Of a stretch of DNA of 64,000 nucleotides, positions 37,866 through 47,600 are shown one piece after another (position 1 is the first letter of the stretch; every line of letters starts with the position of its first letter). The notes beneath the pieces were generated by a model. That model did no database searches. It saw only the letters and a list, made by a program, of their open reading frames with translations, and was not told the origin of the DNA. The position numbers were made by a program, and so were the translations under genes. Source of the DNA: Planctomycetota bacterium. GTDB lineage: Bacteria; Planctomycetota; GCA-002687715; DRQF01. The DNA is taken from positions 96,001-160,000 of the forward strand of contig JAZGFI010000103.1 in NCBI GenBank assembly GCA_036479435.1, in the 5' to 3' direction.

Positions 37866-38888
37866 CTAAGATTCGCCTTCTTGGTGGGCCGCGACGCCTT
37901 CTTGAATGGTCTGGACGACATTCGCCTTCACGAAGCGCCCTGCCAATTTCATCGCGTTGCCGAGCGCGCGCCGATCGGAACGGCCATGGCAGATAAGGCA
38001 GGTACCGTTGACGCCCAACAAAGGTGCGCCGCCGATTTCCGCGTAGTCCGTGGCGCGACGAAAATCGGCGATCGCTTCGGCCAGGGCTGGACTAGGGTGG
38101 GTCTTGACGATCTTGCCAACGATGTCTTCAAAACGCGCGTGCAGAGTCGCCGACAAGCCCTCGCTCACTTTGAGCATGACGTTGCCGACGAATCCCTCGC
38201 AAACCACCACATCAGCGCGATGGTCGAAGATGTCATTGCCTTCAACCGAGCCGATGAAATTCAGCGGAGCCTTCGTCAACAGCTGCATGGTCTCTTTGAC
38301 GAGGGGATTGCCTTTGGCTTCTTCGGCCCCGATGTTGAGCAGGGCGACCTTGGGGTTTTTGTGGCCGAGGGCCAACTCCGCAAAGATCGAAGCCATGATG
38401 CCGTAGTGCAGCAAATGGATGGGCTTGCAGTGAACATTCGCGCCGACATCGACGAGAACGGTGTGTTGATCTTTGGTGCCCACGGCGACCGCAATCCCCG
38501 CCCGCCGAATGCCTGGGATCATGCGCCAAATGAGAGTCGCAGCCCCGACCACCGCGCCGGTATTTCCCGCACTCACGACGGCATCGGCGTGGCCCTCTGC
38601 CACGAGCCCAAAGCTCTTGACGATGCTGTTGTCTTTCTTTTTGCGAAGGGCTTCGAGGGGGTTTTCGTCGCAACCGACGACTTGCTCGGCGTGCACGATG
38701 CTCAAACGTTCGCCGACGGCTGGAAATTCAGCCTCGGCTTTGGCTGCCTCGATCTCGACGCGTATTTCCGCCTCACGTCCGACGAGCACAACGTTCAGTT
38801 CTGCCTCTTCCGTCAGGGCGCGGATAGCCCCTCGGACGACTTCGAGGGGAGCGTGGTCCCCGCCCATTGCATCGACGGCGACTCGCAT
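37866..38888 (-). CDS. plsX: Phosphate acyltransferase
   Basis: DAMGGDHAP, SAGNTGA, LLNIGAEEAKG and GGAPLLG motifs. Confidence 0.96.
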   Translation of the reverse strand: MRVAVDAMGGDHAPLEVVRGAIRALTEEAELNVVLVGREAEIRVEIEAAKAEAEFPAVGERLSIVHAEQVVGCDENPLEALRKKKDNSIVKSFGLVAEGHADAVVSAGNTGAVVGAATLIWRMIPGIRRAGIAVAVGTKDQHTVLVDVGANVHCKPIHLLHYGIMASIFAELALGHKNPKVALLNIGAEEAKGNPLVKETMQLLTKAPLNFIGSVEGNDIFDHRADVVVCEGFVGNVMLKVSEGLSATLHARFEDIVGKIVKTHPSPALAEAIADFRRATDYAEIGGAPLLGVNGTCLICHGRSDRRALGNAMKLAGRFVKANVVQTIQEGVAAHQEGES

Positions 38889-38901
38889 GCCCCGGTGAGG
38901 C

Positions 38902-39087
38902 TCAGGCCGTCAGGTCGAGATGAAGGATGTCGCGGCCGCGGTAGTGACCGCAGTTGCCACAAACCCGATGCGGCACGACGGCCGTGCTGCAGTTCGAGCA
39001 ACGAATCATCGGCACCGCCTTGATGGCTAGGTGTGAACGCCGCATACGTTTTCTGGACTTTGAAGTCCGTCGTTTGGGAACCGCCAT
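38902..39087 (-). CDS. rpmF: 50S ribosomal protein L32 (zinc-ribbon form)
   Basis: MAVPKRRTSKSRKRMRRSH, CSNC...CGNC, AAGGAG RBS. Confidence 0.97.
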   Translation of the reverse strand: MAVPKRRTSKSRKRMRRSHLAIKAVPMIRCSNCSTAVVPHRVCGNCGHYRGRDILHLDLTA

Positions 39088-39280
39088 GGCTCTCCTTTAC
39101 CCATCTGATCCGTTGATTGCCGTGTTCGGCCGCCGTAGATCAGCTTGTATCGTGATCGAGTTTTTCCGCCGCCTCAGCTGCGGAGCCAATGCCGCTCAGA
39201 GGGGTCAGACCTAAAGCTTGACCCGACGGTCAGTTGAAGGTTGGGCCCGGCCACCAAAAGGCAGCCCCAAGCGAGGCGGG

Positions 39281-39309
39281 ATTGTATGGTGCGACCCGAT
39301 CCTTCACAA
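39281..39309 (-). promoter_or_regulatory. Putative sigma70 promoter of the rpmF-plsX-fab operon
   Basis: Minus-strand TTGTGA (39304-39309), 17-bp spacer, TACAAT (39281-39286). Confidence 0.6.
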
Positions 39310-39476
39310 CGCCTCAAACTGCCTTTCTCCTGGCTCCTGCCCCGCCGTTCGTTGAAGCGAAGTCTTGGCCTTTATTAACTTTAGGGCTTGGCAAGGCCTG
39401 CGGTCAGCCGAAAGCGCTAAAAGGGCTCGAGCGAGACGAGGGGTGAGCCCCGCCCCGCTCGATGACCTGCTCTGGG

Positions 39477-40631
39477 CTAAGAGGCGGCGGCTTTGGGGCC
39501 CGTTCGCGGACTTTTGGCGCCCTTAGAAGGCGATGCCGGTTTGCTGGCTGCCGTCGCCTTGGGCCCGGCCGCCACTTCGTTCTCAGCGGCTTTTTGGCGC
39601 CGTGGGTCAAGCTTGTCGAGAAGCTGCTCTTTTACTTTCTCGACGACGTCCGGGTTCTCGCGGAGAAACTCCTTGGCGCGTTCCCGACCCTGCCCGAGGC
39701 GGGTTTCGCCGTAGCAGTACCAAGATCCCGATTTTTCGAGGAATTTATGCTCGACGGCGAGATCGAGGATGTCGCCGATGGCCGAGATGCCTTCGTTGAA
39801 GATGATGTCGAACTCGACCACCCGGAACGGAGGAGCGATCTTGTTTTTGACCAGCGAGACCTTGGTGCGGTTGCCCACCACGGTGTCGCGGTCGCTGATC
39901 CGGCCGATGCGACGAATGTCGTAACGCTGTGAGGCGTAAAACTTGAGGGCGCGACCCCCGGAGGTTGTCTCGGGGCTGCCGAACATGACACCGATCTTTT
40001 CGCGAATCTGGTTAATGAAGATAATCGACGTTTTGCTCTTGGACACCACGCCCGTGAGTTTGCGGAGCGCTTGTGACATCAAACGTGCCTGCAGCCCAAC
40101 GTGGGAATCGCCCATATCTCCTTCGATCTCGGCTCGGGGCACCAAGGCGGCTACCGAGTCGATGACCACGACGTCAACCGCATTGCTGCGCACGAGCATC
40201 TCAACGATCTCAAGCGCCTGCTCGCCGGTGTCGGGCTGGGAGACGAGAAGGTTGTCGAAATCAACTCCCAACTTTTTCGCATATTGCGGATCGAGCGCGT
40301 GCTCGGCGTCAACAAAGGCGCAGATGCCACCCTCTTTTTGAGCACTGGCAATGACATGGAGCGTCAAGGTTGTCTTGCCGGAAGATTCCGGGCCGTAGAT
40401 CTCAACGATGCGCCCGCGCGGAACCCCACCACCCGCTGCCAAATCGAGCGAAAGGCAGCCCGTCGAGATGCACTGGATGGGCTCATGATGGGCCTGCCCC
40501 ATGCGCATGATCGCGCCCTTGCCGTACTGTTTTTCGATTTGCTGAAGCGTGAACTCCAACGCTTCGCGCCTTTTACCGTCGTCTTCGTATCGCGGCGGAA
40601 GGCCGGCGCTTTTTGCTGTATTTTTGGCCAT
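39477..40631 (-). CDS. recA: Recombinase A
   Basis: [23 protein letters not shown] and GGRALKFY motifs. ATG at 40631 with GAGGAG RBS. No intein. Lys/Ala-rich C-tail. Confidence 0.98.
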   Translation of the reverse strand: MAKNTAKSAGLPPRYEDDGKRREALEFTLQQIEKQYGKGAIMRMGQAHHEPIQCISTGCLSLDLAAGGGVPRGRIVEIYGPESSGKTTLTLHVIASAQKEGGICAFVDAEHALDPQYAKKLGVDFDNLLVSQPDTGEQALEIVEMLVRSNAVDVVVIDSVAALVPRAEIEGDMGDSHVGLQARLMSQALRKLTGVVSKSKTSIIFINQIREKIGVMFGSPETTSGGRALKFYASQRYDIRRIGRISDRDTVVGNRTKVSLVKNKIAPPFRVVEFDIIFNEGISAIGDILDLAVEHKFLEKSGSWYCYGETRLGQGRERAKEFLRENPDVVEKVKEQLLDKLDPRRQKAAENEVAAGPKATAASKPASPSKGAKSPRTGPKAAAS

Positions 40632-40758
40632 GGAGCCAATCTCCTCGTCTTCGAGCCTCAGATCACATCGACCTAAGCACCGCAAGGTAGAAGACGAGGG
40701 GGACGGCGTCGCGGACCTGAATTCTTGGACCAGGCTGCGACTTTTCAGATCGAGAGCT

Positions 40759-41976
40759 TTAGGCGCCGGCAGCATTTTTACTAGCGGACGCGATGAAGGC
40801 GCCGATGCGCTCGTAGGCCTTTTGAAGCGTCGCTTCCGGGGGCAAGAAGACGACTCGGAAATGGGCGGTACCGGGTTTCTGGCCGAAGCCGCTGCCGTGT
40901 ACGACCACGACACCGGTGGCGCGGATCAAGCTCGCGATGAAGGCTTCCTCGTCCTCGGGTCGGACGTTTTCGAGCCGGGGGAAGGCGTAAAAAGCACCCT
41001 TGGGGGCCACGCAGCTCAGGCCCTCGATGGCATTCAATGCCTCGTAGGTGAGGTCGCGGCGAGCGGTGACCTTTTGGCGCAAAGCGGGAAGGTGGCTTTT
41101 GTCGCCGAGGACCACGGGGATCGCGTACTGCTCAGGATGATTGGAAGAAAGGCGCGCGCGCTGGAGCTGTTCCATGGCGGCGTTGAAGTCGCGGACTTTT
41201 TCGGCCGGACCGGACAGGATGCCCCAGCCAATGCGAAGTCCTGGAGCTACGTAAGCTTTCGAAAGGCCATCGAAAGTCAAGATCGCGACGTCGTCGGCGA
41301 GACTCGCCAAAGGAACGTGGACCGCGCCGTCGAGCACCAACTCGCTGTAGATCTCGTCCGCGATGATGAGGAGGTTGTGTCGGCGCGCCAAGTCCACCAC
41401 GCCCTCGAGCGCTTCGCGTTTTGCCACACTCCCGGTCGGGTTGTTGGGATTGATCACGACGATGGCGCGGGTCTTGTCGTCGATGGCCGCCGCCATGCTC
41501 TCAAGATCCGGTTGCCAGTCGTCGTCCTCGTTCAGATAGTAGGCATTCTCGACCAAGCTCAGCTTCGCGGCCAAGGCGGTGTAGAGCGGATAGCCCGGCG
41601 AAGGCGTCAGGATGTTTTCACCCGGATTGCAAAGTGCCGTCAGGGCGATCTCAATGCCCTCACTACAACCGTTCGCGATGTAAACATCCTGGATGGCGCG
41701 CAGCCCCTTCCCTTCGGCGTCGGCGCGAATCGCGTCCAGAGCCTGGGGCACCCCATCGCTCGGCGCGTAACCATTGCGATTGTCGCGCAGAGCTTTGACG
41801 ATGGCTTCGATCGCAATAGCTGGCGTCTCGTAGTCGAATTGATTGGGGTCGCCAACATTGAGGTAGAGCATTTCACGCCCGGCCGCGGCCGCTTCCTTGG
41901 CCACGCTCAAAATATCGCGGACCGCGTATTTGATGTTGACGATTCGCCGTGCGGGTTCGATGCGTTTGGACACCAT
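40759..41976 (-). CDS. PLP-dependent class I/II aminotransferase (AlaA/tyrosine aminotransferase-like)
   Basis: LNVGDP, NPNNPTG, DEIY, GLSKAY..PGLRIGW (PLP Lys), GSGFG. Confidence 0.9.
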   Translation of the reverse strand: MVSKRIEPARRIVNIKYAVRDILSVAKEAAAAGREMLYLNVGDPNQFDYETPAIAIEAIVKALRDNRNGYAPSDGVPQALDAIRADAEGKGLRAIQDVYIANGCSEGIEIALTALCNPGENILTPSPGYPLYTALAAKLSLVENAYYLNEDDDWQPDLESMAAAIDDKTRAIVVINPNNPTGSVAKREALEGVVDLARRHNLLIIADEIYSELVLDGAVHVPLASLADDVAILTFDGLSKAYVAPGLRIGWGILSGPAEKVRDFNAAMEQLQRARLSSNHPEQYAIPVVLGDKSHLPALRQKVTARRDLTYEALNAIEGLSCVAPKGAFYAFPRLENVRPEDEEAFIASLIRATGVVVVHGSGFGQKPGTAHFRVVFLPPEATLQKAYERIGAFIASASKNAAGA

Positions 41977-42092
41977 AGGCTATTGGCTCAAGGCGCCTGA
42001 GCGCCTCTGAGACCCCTTATTGCAAAGTCATGAATTCAGAGTTCGGAGGCTACCAGAGGGATATCCGCCAGGCAATCTAGACCGTTTCGGCA

Positions 42093-43046
42093 TCAGCCGG
42101 TGACGATGCGGTGCCTTGAGACTTCGCCTCGGCAGAAGCTCCGCAGGGGAAGGCCGCTGAAGCCAGTGCCTCGCGAGGTGTAGCCCACCATGCCGTCGAG
42201 TTGCCAATGGTCTCGAATCTGGGCGCGAGGGCTGCGGCAGTTTTTGAGCAGAGGAAATCCACCGGGCAAACAGACCTGGCCGCCGTGGGTGTGGCCGCAA
42301 AGGTAAAGATCAACTCCCTGAGCCGCGGCTTCGAAGGCTAGCTCGGGACTGTGCGCGAGAAGGATGCGGGGGATCTCGACGGGCGCCGCGGCCAAGGCCG
42401 TCTCCAAATCGTCGGTGCCGAACCAGTGGGGGTCATCAACACCGGCTAACCAGAATTGGCCACTGTCGTGGGTGATCAGTTCGCCTTCGTTGAGCAGGAC
42501 GCGGACGCCGAGCTCCTCAAGAGGCAGCACGATGTCGAGCGGATCGTGATTGCCGAGAACGGCGTAGCATCCAATTTTGGGTTGCAGCGCAGCCACGACG
42601 ATCGCCAGATTCTCGACGGCGGCATCAATTGATCCCTTAACGTCGAAGCGAAAATCCCCGGTCATGGCCACGAGGTCGTAGCTCCCGGCCCAGGGGCGCA
42701 GCACACTCGCGAGTCGTTCTCCTTGACCCGGCCAAGCATCAATGTGCAAATCGGACAGGTGGAGAACGCTCAGATTGCAGAGACTCTCAGCCCGCGCGCC
42801 CACTGTTAGCACACGGTCTCGAAACTCAAGACTCAGCGCGCGGTCGCAAAGCCAAGGCAAAAGCCCCACAAGCCCCAACAGATGGCTTGCTCCGTGGAAA
42901 ATCGGCTCGAGCTGCTGTAAGGGGAATCGAAACCTCGCCGCACCCGGGATTTCGCCGCGCTCACGTTGACGCCGGAGAACCGCCAGATCTGGCCCTAATC
43001 TCTGCTCGACGGAATTCGGGCGCAAATCAGTGATCTGTGCCCTCAT
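42093..43046 (-). CDS. Calcineurin-like metallophosphoesterase (YkuE-like)
   Basis: SDLH, TGD, GNHD, H-S-P and GHTHGGQ motifs. Start set at ATG 43046; the ORF's upstream extension overlaps the next gene. Confidence 0.88.
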   Translation of the reverse strand: MRAQITDLRPNSVEQRLGPDLAVLRRQRERGEIPGAARFRFPLQQLEPIFHGASHLLGLVGLLPWLCDRALSLEFRDRVLTVGARAESLCNLSVLHLSDLHIDAWPGQGERLASVLRPWAGSYDLVAMTGDFRFDVKGSIDAAVENLAIVVAALQPKIGCYAVLGNHDPLDIVLPLEELGVRVLLNEGELITHDSGQFWLAGVDDPHWFGTDDLETALAAAPVEIPRILLAHSPELAFEAAAQGVDLYLCGHTHGGQVCLPGGFPLLKNCRSPRAQIRDHWQLDGMVGYTSRGTGFSGLPLRSFCRGEVSRHRIVTG

Positions 43047-43301
43047 AGGCCCCGGCGTGACGATCTGCGGCAAGTGTGCATCCTCCCACCCCCTATCGAC
43101 TTCCGCTAATTTTCGCTTGACCGTTCGGTCGAAGAAGGCAATGGCCGCAGCGCTGGGAAAATAACCAGCAAGAAATGGCCCCTTCGGGGGCCGTAACGGT
43201 CTATGCTGGGGGCGATCCCAATTGGGTTCCATCTGCCGATCCTTCGGCGGAAGGAGCTTGAGATCTACACGTGTGATTTTTTTACTAAAGGGAGACTGCG
43301 C

Positions 43302-44492
43302 ATGAAGATATTCAGCGCTTCGCTCCTGGTTGCTTTGACCTACTTGATGCTCAGTCCTTTTGCTCTCGGCGACGACGACGATGCCAAGGGTGAAACGATC
43401 AAGCTCAAGTTCAAAGCGGTCCAGAAGTGGAACATCGTCCTTCCGAATGAAGAGTTCACCAAAGCTGACGGGAAAATCGCGATTCCCCACGCCAATGGTG
43501 ACGGCTTCGTTACGGAGTTGGACGGCATGTCCCTCGCTATCGACAGCAATGGCGATGGCAAAGTGGACACGAAAGCTAAAGGAGTCGGAGGCTTTGCCAC
43601 CCTAAAGGGCAAAAACGCCAACGGCGCCAAATTTAGGTATGCCATCCGTCTCGTCAACAACGGTGGTTGGCAATACGCCACCAGCGGTACGATGAACGGA
43701 AAACTCGGCGGCCAGGCCATTCGCCTGATCGACCAGAACAACAACGGCATCTACAACGAGTACGGCAAAGACGCGATGGTCATCGGCAAGAGCAAGACCG
43801 CTAGCTTCTTGTCCAAGGTCGTCAGCGTCAAAGGCAAGCTCTTCAACATTGAAGTGTCGGCCGATGGTCGCCAAATCACGGCGACGTCCTTCACCGGCGA
43901 AACCGGCACGATGAACCTCGCCAAGAATTTCGAAAGCAAGGGCGCCAAGCTTGTTGCTGCCGTAGTGAAAAGCGATGACGGTGAGATCTCTTTCAACCTC
44001 GCAGGCGCCCAAAAGGGACTTCTCGTCCCCGCCGGTAGCTACGAGCTTGTGAGTGGACTCATTGCCAAGGGTCGCGAGTCGGCGAAAGTCAAAGGCGGCG
44101 ACCGCAGCATGAAAGTGACGGCGGACGGCAACTTTGAACTTACTTGGGGCGGACCTCTTCGCGCCGAGTTTGAGTACGACATGAACGGTACTGAGGTCAC
44201 CCTCAGTCCTGAGAAAGTCTGGTACTACGGCCAAGCTGGCGAAGAGTACTACGACTGGATTCCGAAATCCGTGTCGCCGAAGTTCACTATCCGCGATGCT
44301 ATGTCGAAGCGCGAAATCTCTGATGCGCGCTTCGGAGGCTCATGATGAGGAGCTCTAACCCCGGTCACGGTTCGTGTACCGAAAAAAGAGATCACCGTCA
44401 GCATGAAGCAGGAACGCAAGATCTTCGGTGGCATCACCGGAGCGCTCAAGGGCTCTAAGCCTCAGGGTGGTGTGACTCAGTCCACCAACTAA
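43302..44492 (+). CDS. Secreted hypothetical protein, probable selenoprotein with two adjacent in-frame UGA codons (FGGS-U-U-GA), 396 aa if both are read through
   Basis: AAGGGAG RBS, ATG at 43302, signal peptide, DxxGDG-type motifs. TGA at 44343-44345 and TGA at 44346-44348 are followed by 47 sense codons to TAA at 44490-44492, a SECIS-like hairpin and a terminator after the TAA. The coding status of 43302-44342 is secure; the readthrough is inferred. Confidence 0.75.
44357..44372 (+). promoter_or_regulatory. Putative bacterial SECIS element
   Basis: AA-CC(bulge)-CCG-[GUCA]-CGG-UU. The stem begins 11 nt after the first UGA and the apical loop starts with GU. Confidence 0.6.
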
Positions 44493-44517
44493 GCTTCCCG
44501 CTCCGCTAAAGAGCTCA

Positions 44518-44553
44518 AGTGGCCTGAAACCTGGTTTCAGGCCACTCTTTTTT
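44518..44553 (+). terminator. Rho-independent terminator
   Basis: Perfect 13-bp stem AGTGGCCTGAAAC-ctg-GTTTCAGGCCACT followed by cTTTTTT. Confidence 0.88.
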
Positions 44554-44659
44554 GCCCCGTCGGGAAGACTTTTCCAGATCGGGCGTAGCTTGTGAATAAC
44601 CGTGACCACTTGGGGTCGGATCGGTTCTCTTCGTATTCCGACACCATGAGGTACCTGCC

Positions 44660-47600
44660 TTGTTGTTTCATCGCCTTGGACTCACCGGCTTCGTCTTCAC
44701 CGTCCTATCTCTTGTTGGAGGCGCAGCCCTTGTGGCCCAGGTCCCCGAGGGCGCAACCGCGATTCAAATGGTGTCGGATCCGGCCCTGAGTCCGGACGGC
44801 GAGCTTTTGGCCTTTTCGTGGCGCGGTGATGTCTGGCTGGTCGACTCCGCAGGAGGCAGAGCCCGCCCCTTGACCCGGCACCCTGCCCGCGACCGATTCC
44901 CGGTCTTTTCTCCCGACGGCCGCCGCGTGGCTTTTACCACGACGCGGGACGGCAAGCGGCTGCTGATGAGTCTCACCATCGAAGGTGGCGAGCCGAAAAT
45001 CCACGGTAGCCATTCCGAAGGCTACCGACCGATGGCTTGGCGAAGCGACGGAATCTTGACGCAATCGCGAAGGGACCATTTTTGGCGGCACGCAGACCGC
45101 GCCATCTTGCGCCCTCTCGATCCCAAGCGGGCTGAGTCGAGCATTGTTGATGCCAACGTCGAGCGACCGGACTTGTCCGCGGACGGGCGTTTTTTGCTTT
45201 ATCAGCGCGAAGGCACCAAGACCTGGCGAAGAGGCTATCGCGGGCCGCAAGAAGCACAAATCTGGCTCTATGATCGTGAAAAGGGCGGCCACCGCTTACT
45301 GCACTCCAAAGAAGGCGGAAGTCGCTACGCGCGATGGATCACCGGCAGTGTGCGCTACGTCTACGCTTCGCGAGCATCGGGCACTTTCAACTTGGTTTCC
45401 ATCGACCTTGAATCAGGCGAAAAGAAAACACTGACAGCTTTCGAAGACGACGGGACGATGTTCATTGCCGTCGCCGCCGACGGTTCCAAGATCGTTTTCC
45501 GCCGTGGCTTCGACCTCTACTCCTTGAATCCCAACCGGGCTAGCGCCGAAAAGCTCGTCGTCTACACCAACGACGATACCGCCCTCTTGGACGAAATGAG
45601 AAAAGTCCTCGACCGAGCCAGTGCTGTCAGTTTTTCCAAAGACGCGCGCGAGATGGCCTTCGTCTCTGGTGGTGATCTTTGGGTCATGGATACCGTTCTC
45701 AAAGAACCGGTGCGCGTCTCAACTGAAGTTGAAGAGGAACGATCTCCCCTCTTTGTCGGCAATGACCGGCTGCTCGTCATCAGCGACCGCGACGGGCAAA
45801 CCGACATTTGGCAGCTTGAACGAAAAAACAAGACGGCACCATTTTGGCGCAACACGGAATTTTCATGGAAGCGTCTCACTGAAGACGCCGCCATCGAACG
45901 TAACCTGCGGGTCGTTCCTGGGGCTGACCGAGTCTCCTTTTTGGTGGACCGCGGCGATCTGCGTTGGATGAAGAACGACGGCAGCGAGGTCAAGACTCTG
46001 TTGCCGGCTTGGAATCAACCTCAGTACGCCTTTTCGCCCGACGGAAAATGGCTGGCGTACTCCCTGCAAGATGACAACTTCAATGCCGACATCTGGATCG
46101 TTCCGGTCGACGGTTCGCGCGAAGCCTTCAACCTGTCTTGTCATCCCGACAACGATCGCAACCCGACATGGTCGCAAGACGGCAGCATCTTGGCCTTCAG
46201 TGGCAGGCGTTGGGGCCGCGAAACAGATATTGGATACGTCTATCTGCAAAAAGAAGAGAGCGAAGAAACAACTCGAGAACGCAAGCTCGAAGAGGCGATC
46301 AAAAAGATGAAAGAGCGCGACAAGAAGAAGCAATCCAAATCGAAATCCAAAGGAAAAGGCAAGAAAGAAAAGGCCGAGGATGACGACGGCAAGCCTGATG
46401 AGACCGACGACGAAAAACCACAGGACGAAGACGACAACAGCGACAAGGAAAAGAAAAAGGACAAACCGACGCTGATTGACTTCGATGGCCTGCGGGACCG
46501 CATTCGCCGCATTTCGATCGCCAACAGTTCAGAACGAGGGCTCGTTTTCGCGCCCAAAAAGAACCGCCTTTTCTTCAACACCCGCATTAAGGGCAAGTCT
46601 GGAGTGTATTCGGTTGAGTTTCCCGACAAGCTCCAGCCCAAGTTCTTTGCCGAATCCATGCCGCGCGCTGCGCGCGTTCACGCCGGACCGAAACTCTTCG
46701 CTGGCTTGCTAGCTGGCGTCCCCGGTACGCTCGACCTAAAGGGCAAAAAGAAGACCTTCGCCTTTAAGGTCAAACAGAACTATCCCGTTGGTCCCTGGTC
46801 GAAAGCGGTTTTTGAACAGGCCTGGGCCGCGATGAAGGTCGGTTTTTACGATGGCCGTTTTGGCAACAAGGATTGGGACGCCATTCGAGTGAAGTACGGC
46901 GCGATGGCCGAGCGATGCCTCGACGTCGCCACGCTTTCCGAAGTCTGCAACATGATGTTGGGCGAACTCAACGGATCACACCTCGGTTTTTCGATGCGAA
47001 CGCTGCAACCGGCCTTCGAAGCCAAGGCGGCTTGGACGGATCGCACCGGGCACTTAGGCCTTTGGTTTGACAAAACGCGTCGCGGTGAAGGCTGGAAAGT
47101 CAGCCGGGTTCTTCGCGATGCTCCCGCTTGGCGTGAAAAATCTCGAATTCGGGTAGGCGACATATTGAAGTCAATCGATGGCGTGGCCCTAAGAGCAGGC
47201 TTGGATGTGTCAGTCGTGTTGACCGGACCGGCCGACCACGATTACATGATCGAGGTCGAGGATGCAGAAGGCGAGACGCGGACCGTCAGCATCCGGGCGA
47301 GTTCCTACGGCGCAATCCGGAGCCTGATGTACGAGGCCTGGTTGGAGCAAAGCCGCGAGAAGGTGAAAGAACTTTCGAACGACAAGCTCGGCTACCTCCA
47401 CATTCGCGCCATGTCGACGCCGAACTTGCTGCGCTTTGACGCCGAGCTCTACCGCATCGGCGATGGCAAAGAGGGCTTAATCATCGATGTTCGCGAAAAC
47501 GGCGGCGGCAGTATCACGGATCACTTATTGACTTGTTTGTGCCAGCCGACCCACGCGATCACCCGCCCCCGCGGTGGAGGCCTGGGCTATCCTCAAGACC

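Noticed and set aside
34079..39023. Long plus-strand ORFs antisense to the fab/plsX genes (34079-34960, 35830-36648, 37881-39023)
   Set aside because: Shadow ORFs from GC-rich codon bias opposite well-conserved genes, with no recognisable motifs.
40632..40913. Apparent 94-aa N-terminal extension of RecA
   Set aside because: It overlaps the aminotransferase C-terminus, and a strong GAGGAG RBS precedes ATG 40631.
40549..42000. 483-aa plus-strand ORF
   Set aside because: Antisense shadow of the aminotransferase and the recA 5' end.
43047..43490. N-terminal extension of the metallophosphoesterase ORF
   Set aside because: It overlaps the divergent secreted-protein gene; family-like sequence starts near Met 43046.
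44343..44348. Alternative genetic code (UGA = Trp/Gly) or pseudogene as the explanation of the tandem TGA
   Set aside because: Many genes in the window clearly end in TGA, often overlapping the next start, so UGA is a normal stop here. Two adjacent nonsense mutations followed by an intact frame, a SECIS-like hairpin and a downstream terminator is a less parsimonious explanation, though a plain double stop cannot be excluded without homologs.
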